Below, piece after piece: positions 12,501 through 25,874 of a stretch of 64,000 nt of DNA. The DNA lies in contig OZ059899.1 in the NCBI GenBank assembly GCA_964057225.1, positions 20,212,001-20,276,000 on the forward strand. Reading direction: 5' to 3'. Source of the stretch: Auanema rhodensis. Its lineage: Eukaryota > Animalia > Nematoda. Position numbers and translations under genes: made by a program. The notes under the pieces are model-generated. The model did no database searches and was not told the DNA's origin. It was given only the letters and a program-made list of their open reading frames with translations. Position 1 is the first letter of the stretch. The number at the start of each line of letters is the position of its first letter.

Positions 12501-15500
12501 GTACACGTGATGTGCACTTGGTATGTAACTCGCTTCACGTGAAAGATAAAAAGATGCGGTTTTTAAAATTAGATTCCCCATGTCCATATTAGTCTAAAAA
12601 CAAATTTTTATTGATATTGGTGCATGGTAACCATGACTTTGAAATTTACGTGAACTTTAATTTATGCTAATTAAACGTACACGTGGTGTGCACTCGGTAT
12701 GTAACTCGCTTCACGTGTAAGATAAAGAGATGCGGTTTTCAAAATTAGATTCCCCATGTCCATATTAGTCTAAAAACAATTTTTTACTGATATTGGTGCA
12801 TGGTAACCATGACTTTGAAATTTACGTGAACTTTTATTTATGCTAATTAAACGTACACGTGGTGTGCACTCGGTATGTAACTCGCTTCACGTGGAAGATA
12901 AAGAGATGCGGTTTTTAAAATTAGATTCCCCATGTCCATATTAGTCTAAAAACAATTTTTTACTGATATTGGTGCATGGTAACCATGACTTTGAACTTTA
13001 CGTGAACTTTTATTTATGCTACATAAATGTACACGTGATGTGCACTTGGTATGTAACTCGCTTCACGTGAAAGATAAAAAGATGCGGTTTTTAAAATTAG
13101 ATTCCCCATGTCCATATTAGTCTAAAAACAATTTTTTACTGATATTGGTGCATGGTAACCATGACTTTGAACTTTACGTGAACTTTTATTTATGCTAATT
13201 AAACGTACACGTGGTGTGCACTCGGTATGTAACTCGCTTCACGTGAAAGATAAAGAGATGCGGTTTTTAAAATTAGATTCCCCATGTCCATATTAGTCTA
13301 AAAACAATTTTTTACTGATATTGGTGCATGGTAACCATGATTTTGAAATTTACGTGAACTTTTATTTATGCTAATTAAACGTACACGTGGTGTGCACTCG
13401 GTATGTAACTCGCTTCACGTGAAAGATAAAGAGATGCGGTTTTTAAAATTAGATTCCCCATGTCCATATTAGTCTAAAAACAATTTTTTACTGATATTGG
13501 TGCATGGTAACCATGATTTTGAAATTTACGTGAACTTTAATTTATGCTAATTAAACGTACACGTGATGTGCACTTGGTATGTAACTCGCTTCACGTGAAA
13601 GATAAAGAGATGCGGTTTTTAAAATTAGATTCCCCATGTCCATATTAGTCTAAAAACAAATTTTTATTGATATTGGTGCATGGTAACCATGACTTTGAAC
13701 TTTACGTGAACTTTTATTTATGCTAATTAAACGTACACGTGGTGTGCACTCGGTATGTAACTCGCTTCACGTGAAAGATAAAGAGATGCGGTTTTTAAAA
13801 TTAGATTCCCCATGTCCATATTAGTCTAAAAACAAATTTTTATTGATATTGGTGCATGGTAACCATGACTTTGAACTTTACGTGAACTTTTATTTATGCT
13901 AATTAAACGTACACGTGGTGTGCACTCGGTATGTAACTCGCTTCACGTGAAAGATAAAAAGATGCGGTTTTTAAAATTAGATTCCCCATGTCCATATTAG
14001 TCTAAAAACAATTTTTTACTGATATTGGTGCATGGTAACCATGACTTTGAACTTTACGTGAACTTTTATTTATGCTAATTAAACGTACACGTGGTGTGGA
14101 CTCGGTATGTAACTCGCTTCACGTGAAAGATAAAGAGATGCGGTTTTTAAAATTAGATTCCCCATGTCCATATTAGTCTAAAAACAATTTTTTACTGATA
14201 TTGGTGCATGGTAACCATGATTTTGAAATTTACGTGAACTTTAATTTATGCTAATTAAACGTACACGTGATGTGCACTTGGTATGTAACTCGCTTCACGT
14301 GAAAGATAAAGAGATGCGGTTTTTAAAATTAGATTCCCCATGTCCATATTAGTCTAAAAACAAATTTTTATTGATATTGGTGCATGGTAACCATGACTTT
14401 GAACTTTACGTGAACTTTTATTTATGCTAATTAAACGTACACGTGGTGTGCACTCGGTATGTAACTCGCTTCACGTGAAAGATAAAGAGATGCGGTTTTT
14501 AAAATTAGATTCCCCATGTCCATATTAGTCTAAAAACAAATTTTTATTGATATTGGTGCATGGTAACCATGACTTTGAACTTTACGTGAACTTTTATTTA
14601 TGCTAATTAAACGTACACGTGGTGTGCACTCGGTATGTAACTCGCTTCACGTGAAAGATAAAGAGATGCGGTTTTTAAAATTAGACTCCCCATGTCCATA
14701 TTAGTCTAAAAACAATTTTTTACTGATATTGGTGCATGGTAACCATGATTTTGAAATTTACGTGAACTTTAATTTATGCTAATTAAACGTACACGTGGTG
14801 TGCACTCGGTATGTAACTCGCTTCACGTGAAAGATAAAGAGATGCGGTTTTTAAAATTAGATTCCCCATGTCCATATTAGTCTAAAAACAATTTTTTATT
14901 GATATTGGTGCATGGTAACCATGACTTTGAAATTTACGTGAACTTTAATTTATGCTACATAAATGTACACGTGATGTGCACTTGGTATGTAACTCGCTTC
15001 ACGTGAAAGATAAAGAGATGCGGTTTTTAAAATTAGATTCCCCATGTCCATATTAGTCTAAAAACAATTTTTTATTGATATTGGTGCATGGTAACCATGA
15101 CTTTGAAATTTACGTGAACTTTAATTTATGCTACATAAATGTACACGTGATGTGCACTTGGTATGTAACTCGCTTCACGCGAAAGATAAAGAGATGCGGT
15201 TTTTAAAATTAGATTCCCCATGTCCATATTAGTCTAAAAACAATTTTTTACTGATATTGGTGCATGGTAACCATGACTTTGAACTTTACGTGAACTTTTA
15301 TTTATGCTACATAAATGTACACGTGATGCGCACTTGGTATGTAACTCGCTTCACGTGAAAGATAAAAAGATGCGGTTTTTAAAATTAGATTCCCCATGTC
15401 CATATTAGTCTAAAAACAAATTTTTATTGATATTGGTGCATGGTAACCATGACTTTGAAATTTACGTGAACTTTAATTTATGCTAATTAAACGTACACGT

Positions 15501-16721
15501 GGTGTGCACTCGGTATGTAACTCGCTTCACGTGTAAGATAAAGAGATGCGGTTTTCAAAATTAGATTCCCCATGTCCATATTAGTCTAAAAACAATTTTT
15601 TACTGATATTGGTGCATGGTAACCATGACTTTGAAATTTACGTGAACTTTTATTTATGCTAATTAAACGTACACGTGGTGTGCACTCGGTATGTAACTCG
15701 CTTCACGTGGAAGATAAAGAGATGCGGTTTTTAAAATTAGATTCCCCATGTCCATATTAGTCTAAAAACAATTTTTTACTGATATTGGTGCATGGTAACC
15801 ATGACTTTGAACTTTACGTGAACTTTTATTTATGCTACATAAATGTACACGTGATGTGCACTTGGTATGTAACTCGCTTCACGTGAAAGATAAAAAGATG
15901 CGGTTTTTAAAATTAGATTCCCCATGTCCATATTAGTCTAAAAACAATTTTTTACTGATATTGGTGCATGGTAACCATGACTTTGAACTTTACGTGAACT
16001 TTTATTTATGCTAATTAAACGTACACGTGGTGTGCACTCGGTATGTAACTCGCTTCACGTGAAAGATAAAGAGATGCGGTTTTTAAAATTAGATTCCCCA
16101 TGTCCATATTAGTCTAAAAACAATTTTTTACTGATATTGGTGCATGGTAACCATGATTTTGAAATTTACGTGAACTTTTATTTATGCTAATTAAACGTAC
16201 ACGTGGTGTGCACTCGGTATGTAACTCGCTTCACGTGAAAGATAAAGAGATGCGGTTTTTAAAATTAGATTCCCCATGTCCATATTAGTCTAAAAACAAT
16301 TTTTTACTGATATTGGTGCATGGTAACCATGATTTTGAAATTTACGTGAACTTTAATTTATGCTAATTAAACGTACACGTGATGTGCACTTGGTATGTAA
16401 CTCGCTTCACGTGAAAGATAAAGAGATGCGGTTTTTAAAATTAGATTCCCCATGTCCATATTAGTCTAAAAACAAATTTTTATTGATATTGGTGCATGGT
16501 AACCATGACTTTGAACTTTACGTGAACTTTTATTTATGCTAATTAAACGTACACGTGGTGTGCACTCGGTATGTAACTCGCTTCACGTGAAAGATAAAGA
16601 GATGCGGTTTTTAAAATTAGATTCCCCATGTCCATATTAGTCTAAAAACAAATTTTTATTGATATTGGTGCATGGTAACCATGACTTTGAACTTTACGTG
16701 AACTTTTATTTATGCTAATTA

Positions 16722-19700
16722 AACGTACACGTGGTGTGCACTCGGTATGTAACTCGCTTCACGTGAAAGATAAAAAGATGCGGTTTTTAAAATTAGATTC
16801 CCCATGTCCATATTAGTCTAAAAACAATTTTTTACTGATATTGGTGCATGGTAACCATGACTTTGAACTTTACGTGAACTTTTATTTATGCTAATTAAAC
16901 GTACACGTGGTGTGGACTCGGTATGTAACTCGCTTCACGTGAAAGATAAAGAGATGCGGTTTTTAAAATTAGATTCCCCATGTCCATATTAGTCTAAAAA
17001 CAATTTTTTACTGATATTGGTGCATGGTAACCATGATTTTGAAATTTACGTGAACTTTTATTTATGCTAATTAAACGTACACGTGGTGTGCACTCGGTAT
17101 GTAACTCGCTTCACGTGAAAGATAAAGAGATGCGGTTTTTAAAATTAGATTCCCCATGTCCATATTAGTCTAAAAACAATTTTTTACTGATATTGGTGCA
17201 TGGTAACCATGATTTTGAAATTTACGTGAACTTTAATTTATGCTAATTAAACGTACACGTGATGTGCACTTGGTATGTAACTCGCTTCACGTGAAAGATA
17301 AAGAGATGCGGTTTTTAAAATTAGATTCCCCATGTCCATATTAGTCTAAAAACAAATTTTTATTGATATTGGTGCATGGTAACCATGACTTTGAACTTTA
17401 CGTGAACTTTTATTTATGCTAATTAAACGTACACGTGGTGTGCACTCGGTATGTAACTCGCTTCACGTGAAAGATAAAGAGATGCGGTTTTTAAAATTAG
17501 ATTCCCCATGTCCATATTAGTCTAAAAACAAATTTTTATTGATATTGGTGCATGGTAACCATGACTTTGAACTTTACGTGAACTTTTATTTATGCTAATT
17601 AAACGTACACGTGGTGTGCACTCGGTATGTAACTCGCTTCACGTGAAAGATAAAGAGATGCGGTTTTTAAAATTAGATTCCCCATGTCCATATTAGTCTA
17701 AAAACAATTTTTTACTGATATTGGTGCATGGTAACCATGATTTTGAAATTTACGTGAACTTTAATTTATGCTAATTAAACGTACACGTGGTGTGCACTCG
17801 GTATGTAACTCGCTTCACGTGAAAGATAAAGAGATGCGGTTTTTAAAATTAGATTCCCCATGTCCATATTAGTCTAAAAACAATTTTTTAATGATATTGG
17901 TGCATGGTAACCATGACTTTGAACTTTACGTGAACTTTAATTTATGCTAATTAAACGTACACGTGATGTGCACTTGGTATGTAACTCGCTTCACGTGAAA
18001 GATAAAGAGATGCGGTTTTTAAAATTAGATTCCCCATGTCCATATTAGTCTAAAAACAATTTTTTATTGATATTGGTGCATGGTAACCATGACTTTGAAA
18101 TTTACGTGAACTTTAATTTATGCTACATAAATGTACACGTGATGTGCACTTGGTATGTAACTCGCTTCACGTAAAAGATAAAAAGATGCGGTTTTTAAAA
18201 TTAGATTCCCCATGTCCATATTAGTCTAAAAACAATTTTTTAATGATATTGGTGCATGGTAACCATGACTTTGAACTTTACGTGAACTTTAATTTATGCT
18301 AATTAAATGTACAAGTGATGTGCACTCGGTATGTAACTCGCTTCACGTGAAAGATAAAAAGATGCGGTTTTCAAAATTTGATTCCTCATGTCCATATTAG
18401 TCTAAAAACAAATTTTTATTGATATTGGTGCATGGTAACCATGACTTTGAAATTTACGTGAACTTTAATTTATGCTAATTAAATGTACACGTGATGTGCA
18501 CTTGGTATGTAACTCGCTTCACGTGAAAGATAAAGAGATGCAGTTCTCAAAATTAGATTCCCCATGTCCATATTAGTCAAGAAACAAATTTTTATTGATA
18601 TTGGTGCATGGTAACCATGACTTTGAAATTTACGTGAACTTTAATTTATGCTAATTAAATGTACACGTGGTGTGCACTCGGTATGTAACTCGCTTCACGT
18701 GAAAGATAAAAAGATGCGGTTTTTAAAATTAGATTCCCCATGTCCATATTAGTCTAAAAACAATTTTTTACTGATATTGGTGCATGGTAACCATGACTTT
18801 GAACTTTACGTGAACTTTTATTTATGCTAATTAAACGTACACGTGGTGTGGACTCGGTATGTAACTCGCTTCACGTGAAAGATAAAGAGATGCGGTTTTT
18901 AAAATTAGATTCCCCATGTCCATATTAGTCTAAAAACAATTTTTTACTGATATTGGTGCATGGTAACCATGATTTTGAAATTTACGTGAACTTTTATTTA
19001 TGCTAATTAAACGTACACGTGGTGTGCACTCGGTATGTAACTCGCTTCACGTGAAAGATAAAGAGATGCGGTTTTTAAAATTAGATTCCCCATGTCCATA
19101 TTAGTCTAAAAACAATTTTTTACTGATATTGGTGCATGGTAACCATGATTTTGAAATTTACGTGAACTTTAATTTATGCTAATTAAACGTACACGTGATG
19201 TGCACTTGGTATGTAACTCGCTTCACGTGAAAGATAAAGAGATGCGGTTTTTAAAATTAGATTCCCCATGTCCATATTAGTCTAAAAACAAATTTTTATT
19301 GATATTGGTGCATGGTAACCATGACTTTGAACTTTACGTGAACTTTTATTTATGCTAATTAAACGTACACGTGGTGTGCACTCGGTATGTAACTCGCTTC
19401 ACGTGAAAGATAAAGAGATGCGGTTTTTAAAATTAGATTCCCCATGTCCATATTAGTCTAAAAACAAATTTTTATTGATATTGGTGCATGGTAACCATGA
19501 CTTTGAACTTTACGTGAACTTTTATTTATGCTAATTAAACGTACACGTGGTGTGCACTCGGTATGTAACTCGCTTCACGTGAAAGATAAAGAGATGCGGT
19601 TTTTAAAATTAGATTCCCCATGTCCATATTAGTCTAAAAACAATTTTTTACTGATATTGGTGCATGGTAACCATGATTTTGAAATTTACGTGAACTTTAA

Positions 19701-20594
19701 TTTATGCTAATTAAACGTACACGTGGTGTGCACTCGGTATGTAACTCGCTTCACGTGAAAGATAAAAAGATGCGGTTTTTAAAATTAGATTCCCCATGTC
19801 CATATTAGTCTAAAAACAATTTTTTAATGATATTGGTGCATGGTAACCATGACTTTGAACTTTACGTGAACTTTAATTTATGCTAATTAAACGTACACGT
19901 GATGTGCACTTGGTATGTAACTCGCTTCACGTGAAAGATAAAGAGATGCGGTTTTTAAAATTAGATTCCCCATGTCCATATTAGTCTAAAAACAATTTTT
20001 TATTGATATTGGTGCATGGTAACCATGACTTTGAAATTTACGTGAACTTTAATTTATGCTACATAAATGTACACGTGATGTGCACTTGGTATGTAACTCG
20101 CTTCACGTAAAAGATAAAAAGATGCGGTTTTTAAAATTAGATTCCCCATGTCCATATTAGTCTAAAAACAATTTTTTAATGATATTGGTGCATGGTAACC
20201 ATGACTTTGAACTTTACGTGAACTTTAATTTATGCTAATTAAATGTACAAGTGATGTGCACTCGGTATGTAACTCGCTTCACGTGAAAGATAAAAAGATG
20301 CGGTTTTCAAAATTTGATTCCTCATGTCCATATTAGTCTAAAAACAAATTTTTTATTGATATTGGTGCATGGTAACCATGACTTTGAAATTTACGTGAAC
20401 TTTAATTTATGCTAATTAAATGTACACGTGATGTGCACTTGGTATGTAACTCGCTTCACGTGAAAGATAAAGAGATGCAGTTCTCAAAATTAGATTCCCC
20501 ATGTCCATATTAGTCAAGAAACAAATTTTTATTGATATTGGTGCATGGTAACCATGACTTTGAAATTTACGTGAACTTTAATTTATGCTAATTA
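16722..20594. repeat. 11-monomer (1936 bp) tandem duplication spanning the subfamily boundary
   Basis: Shared rare variants: TGTGGACTC at 16915/18851, CACGTAAAAG, TTTTAATGAT, and GTCAAGAAAC at 18579/20516 (offset 1936, plus 1 after the T insertion). Confidence 0.88.
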
Positions 20595-22530
20595 AATGTA
20601 CACGTGATGTGCACTTGGTATGTAACTTGCTTCACGTGAAAGATAAAGAGATGCGGTTTTCAAAATTAGATTCCCCATGTCCATATTAGTCTTAAAACAA
20701 ATTTTCATTGATATTGGTGCATGGTAACCATGACTTTGAAATTTACGTGAACTTTAATTTATGCTAATTAAATGTACACGTGATGTGCACTTGGTATGTA
20801 ACTCGCTTCACGTGAAAGATAAAGAGATGCAGTTCTCAAAATTAGATTCCCCATGTCCATATTAGTCTAAAAACAAATTTTTATTGATATTGGTGCATGG
20901 TAACCATGACTTTGAAATTTACGTGAACTTTAATTTATGCTAATTAAACGTACACGTGGTGTGCACTCGGTATGTAACTCGCTTCACGTGAAAGATAAAG
21001 AGATGCGGTTTTCAAAATTAGATTCCCCATGTCCATATTAGTCTAAAAACAAATTTTTATTGATATTGGTGCATGGTAACCATGACTTTGAAATTTACGT
21101 GAACTTTAATTTATGCTAATTAAATGTACAAGTGATGTGCACTTGGTATGTAACTCGCTTCACGTGAAAGATAAGGAGATGCGGTTTTCACAATTAGATT
21201 TCCTATGTCCATATTAGTCTAAAAACAAATTTTTACTGATATTGGTGCATGGTAACCATGACTTTGAAATTTACGTGAACTTCAATTTATGCTAATTAAA
21301 TGTACACGTGGTGTGCACTTGGTATGTAACTCGCTTCACGTGAAAGATAAAGAGATGCGGTTTTAAAAATTAGATTCCCCATGTCCATATTAGTCTAAAA
21401 ACAGTTTTTTACTGATATTGGTGCATGGTAACCATGATTTTGAAATTTACGTGAACTTTAATTTATGCTAATTAAATGTACACGTGGTGTGCACTCGGTA
21501 TGTAACTCGCTTCACGTGAAAGATAAAGAGATGCGGTTAACAAAATTAGATTTCCTATGTCCATATTAGTCTAAAAACAAATTTTTATTGATATTGGTTC
21601 ATGGTAACCATGACTTTGAAATTTACGTGAACTTTAATTTATGCTAATTAAATGTACACGTGATGTGCACTTGGTATGTAACTCGCTTCACGTGAAAGAT
21701 AAAGAGATGCAGTTCTCAAAATTAGATTCCCCATGTCCATATTAGTCTAGAAACAAATTTTTATTGATATTGGTGCATGGTAACCATGACTTTGAAATTT
21801 ACGTGAACTTTAATTTATGCTAATTAAATGTACACGTGGTGTGCACTCGGTATGTAACTCGCTTCACGTGAAAGATGAAGAGATGCGGTTATCAAAATTA
21901 GATTTCCCATGTCCATATTAGTCTAAAAACAAATTTTTATTGATATTGGTTCATGGTAACCATGACTTTGAAATTTACGTGAACTTTAATTTATGCTAAT
22001 TAAATGTACACGTGATGTGCACTTGGTATGTAACTCGCTTCACGTGAAAGATAAAGAGATGCAGTTCTCAAAATTAGATTCCCCATGCCCATATTAGTCT
22101 AAAAACAAATTTTTATTGATATTGGTGCATGGTAACCATGACTTTGAAATTTACGTGAACTTTAATTTATGCTAATTAAATGTACACGTGGTGTGCACTC
22201 GGTATGTAACTCGCTTCACGTGAAAGATAAAGAGATGCGGTTATCAAAATTAGATTTCCCATGTCCATATTAGTCTAAAAACAAATTTTTATTGATATTG
22301 GTGCATGGTAACCATGACTTTGAATTTTACGTGAACTTTGATTTATGCTAATTAAATGTACACGTGATGTGCACTTGGTATGTAACTTGCTTCACGTGAA
22401 AGATAAAGAGATGCGGTTTTCAAAATTAGATTCCCCATGTCCATATTAGTCTAAAAACAAATTTTTATTGATATTGGTGCATGGTAACCATGACTTTGAA
22501 ATTTACGTGAACTTCAATTTATGCTAATTA

Positions 22531-24466
22531 AATGTACACGCGGTGTGCACTTGGTATGTAACTCGCTTCACGTGAAAGATAAAGAGATGCGGTTTTAAAA
22601 ATTAGATTCCCCATGTCCATATTAGTCTAAAAACAGTTTTTTACTGATATTGGTGCATGGTAACCATGATTTTGAAATTTACGTGAACTTTAATTTATGC
22701 TAATTAAATGTACACGTGATGTGCACTTGGTATGTAACTTGCTTCACGTGAAAGATAAAGAGATGCGGTTTTCAAAATTAGATTCCCCATGTCCATATTA
22801 GTCTAAAAACAGTTTTTTACTGATATTGGTGCATGGTAACCATGATTTTGAAATTTACGTGAACTTTAATTTATGCTAATTAAATGTACAAGTGATGTGC
22901 ACTCGGTATGTAACTCGCTTCACGTGAAAGATAAAGAGATGCGGTTAACAAAATTAGATTCCCCATGTCCATATTAGTCTTAAAACAAATTTTTATTGAT
23001 ATTGGTGCATGGTAACCATGACTTTGAAATTTACGTGAACTTTAATTTATGCTAATTAAATGTACAAGTGATGTGCACTTGGTATGTAACTCGCTTCACG
23101 TGAAAGATAAGGAGATGCGGTTTTCACAATTAGATTCCCCATGTCCATATTAGTCTAAAAACAAATTTTTATTGATATTGGTGCATGGTAACCATGACTT
23201 TGAAATTTACGTGAACTTCAATTTATGCTAATTAAATGTACACGCGGTGTGCACTTGGTATGTAACTCGCTTCACGTAAAAGATAAAGAGATGCGGTTTT
23301 AAAAATTAGATTCCCCATGTCCATATTAGTCTAAAAACAGTTTTTTACTGATATTGGTGCATGGTAACCATGATTTTGAAATTTACGTGAACTTTAATTT
23401 ATGCTAATTAAATGTACACGTGATGTGCACTTGGTATGTAACTTGCTTCACGTGAAAGATAAAGAGATGCGGTTTTCAAAATTAGATTCCCCATGTCCAT
23501 ATTAGTCTAAAAACAGTTTTTTACTGATATTGGTGCATGGTAACCATGATTTTGAAATTTACGTGAACTTTAATTTATGCTAATTAAATGTACAAGTGAT
23601 GTGCACTCGGTATGTAACTCGCTTCACGTGAAAGATAAAGAGATGCGGTTAACAAAATTAGATTCCCCATGTCCATATTAGTCTTAAAACAAATTTTTAT
23701 TGATATTGGTGCATGGTAACCATGACTTTGAAATTTACGTGAACTTTAATTTATGCTAATTAAATGTACAAGTGATGTGCACTTGGTATGTAACTCGCTT
23801 CACGTGAAAGATAAGGAGATGCGGTTTTCACAATTAGATTCCCCATGTCCATATTAGTCTAAAAACAAATTTTTATTGATATTGGTGCATGGTAACCATG
23901 ACTTTGAAATTTACGTGAACTTCAATTTATGCTAATTAAATGTACACGCGGTGTGCACTTGGTATGTAACTCGCTTCACGTGAAAGATAAAGAGATGCGG
24001 TTTTAAAAATTAGATTCCCCATGTCCATATTAGTCTAAAAACAGTTTTTTACTGATATTGGTGCATGGTAACCATGATTTTGAAATTTACGTGAACTTTA
24101 ATTTATGCTAATTAAATGTACACGTGATGTGCACTTGGTATGTAACTTGCTTCACGTGAAAGATAAAGAGATGCGGTTTTCAAAATTAGATTCCCCATGT
24201 CCATATTAGTCTAAAAACAGTTTTTTACTGATATTGGTGCATGGTAACCATGATTTTGAAATTTACGTGAACTTTAATTTATGCTAATTAAATGTACAAG
24301 TGATGTGCACTCGGTATGTAACTCGCTTCACGTGAAAGATAAAGAGATGCGGTTAACAAAATTAGATTTCCTATGTCCATATTAGTCTAAAAACAAATTT
24401 TTATTGATATTGGTTCATGGTAACCATGACTTTGAAATTTACGTGAACTTTAATTTATGCTAATTA
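22531..24466. repeat. 4-monomer (704 bp) higher-order repeat B-(H/B)-C'-A, about 2.75 copies
   Basis: B starts at 22531, 23235 and 23939. The TACAAGTG/GTTAAC monomer starts at 22883, 23587 and 24291. Confidence 0.82.
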
Positions 24467-25874
24467 AATGTACACGTGATGTGCACTTGGTATGTAACTC
24501 GCTTCACGTGGAAGATAAAGAGATGCAGTTCTCAAAATTAGATTCCCCATGCCCATATTAGTCTAAAAACAAATTTTTATTGATATTGGTGCATGGTAAC
24601 CATGACTTTGAAATTTACGTGAACTTTAATTTATGCTAATTAAATGTACACGTGGTGTGCACTCGGTATGTAACTCGCTTCACGTGAAAGATAAAGAGAT
24701 GCGGTTATCAAAATTAGATTTCCCATGTCCATATTAGTCTAAAAACAAATTTTTATTGATATTGGTGCATGGTAACCATGACTTTGAATTTTACGTGAAC
24801 TTTGATTTATGCTAATTAAATGTACACGTGATGTGCACTTGGTATGTAACTTGCTTCACGTGAAAGATAAAGAGATGCGGTTTTCAAAATTAGATTCCCC
24901 ATGTCCATATTAGTCTTAAAACAAATTTTTATTGATATTGGTGCATGGTAACCATGACTTTGAAATTTACGTGAACTTTAATTTATGCTAATTAAATGTA
25001 CAAGTGATGTGCACTTGGTATGTAACTCGCTTCACGTGAAAGATAAGGAGATGCGGTTTTCACAATTAGATTCCCCATGTCCATATTAGTCTAAAAACAA
25101 ATTTTTATTGATATTGGTGCATGGTAACCATGACTTTGAAATTTACGTGAACTTCAATTTATGCTAATTAAATGTACACGCGGTGTGCACTTGGTATGTA
25201 ACTCGCTTCACGTGAAAGATAAAGAGATGCGGTTTTAAAAATTAGATTCCCCATGTCCATATTAGTCTAAAAACAGTTTTTTACTGATATTGGTGCATGG
25301 TAACCATGATTTTGAAATTTACGTGAACTTTAATTTATGCTAATTAAATGTACACGTGGTGTGCACTCGGTATGTAACTCGCTTCACGTGAAAGATAAAG
25401 AGATGCGGTTAACAAAATTAAATTTCCTATGTCCATATTAGTCTAAAAACAAATTTTTATTGATATTGGTTCATGGTAACCATGACTTTGAAATTTACGT
25501 GAACTTTAATTTATGCTAATTAAATGTACACGTGGTGTGCACTCGGTATGTAACTCGCTTCACGTGAAAGATGAAGAGATGCGGTTATCAAAATTAGATT
25601 CCCCATGTCCATATTAGTCTAAAAACAAATTTTTATTGATATTGGTTCATGGTAACCATGACTTTGAAATTTACGTGAACTTTAATTTATGCTAATTAAA
25701 TGTACACGTGATGTGCACTTGGTATGTAACTCGCTTCACGTGAAAGATAAAGAGATGCAGTTCTCAAAATTAGATTCCCCATGCCCATATTAGTCTAAAA
25801 ACAAATTTTTATTGATATTGGTGCATGGTAACCATGACTTTGAAATTTACGTGAACTTTAATTAATGCTAATTA

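Larger units (their letters stand above)
1..18300. repeat. Left monomer subfamily domain
   Basis: Enriched for AACGTACAC, GCTACATAAA, GGTTTTTAAAA, ACAATTTTTTACTG and AACTTTTATTT variants. The GAACTTTACG variant first appears at ~10001. Confidence 0.85.
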
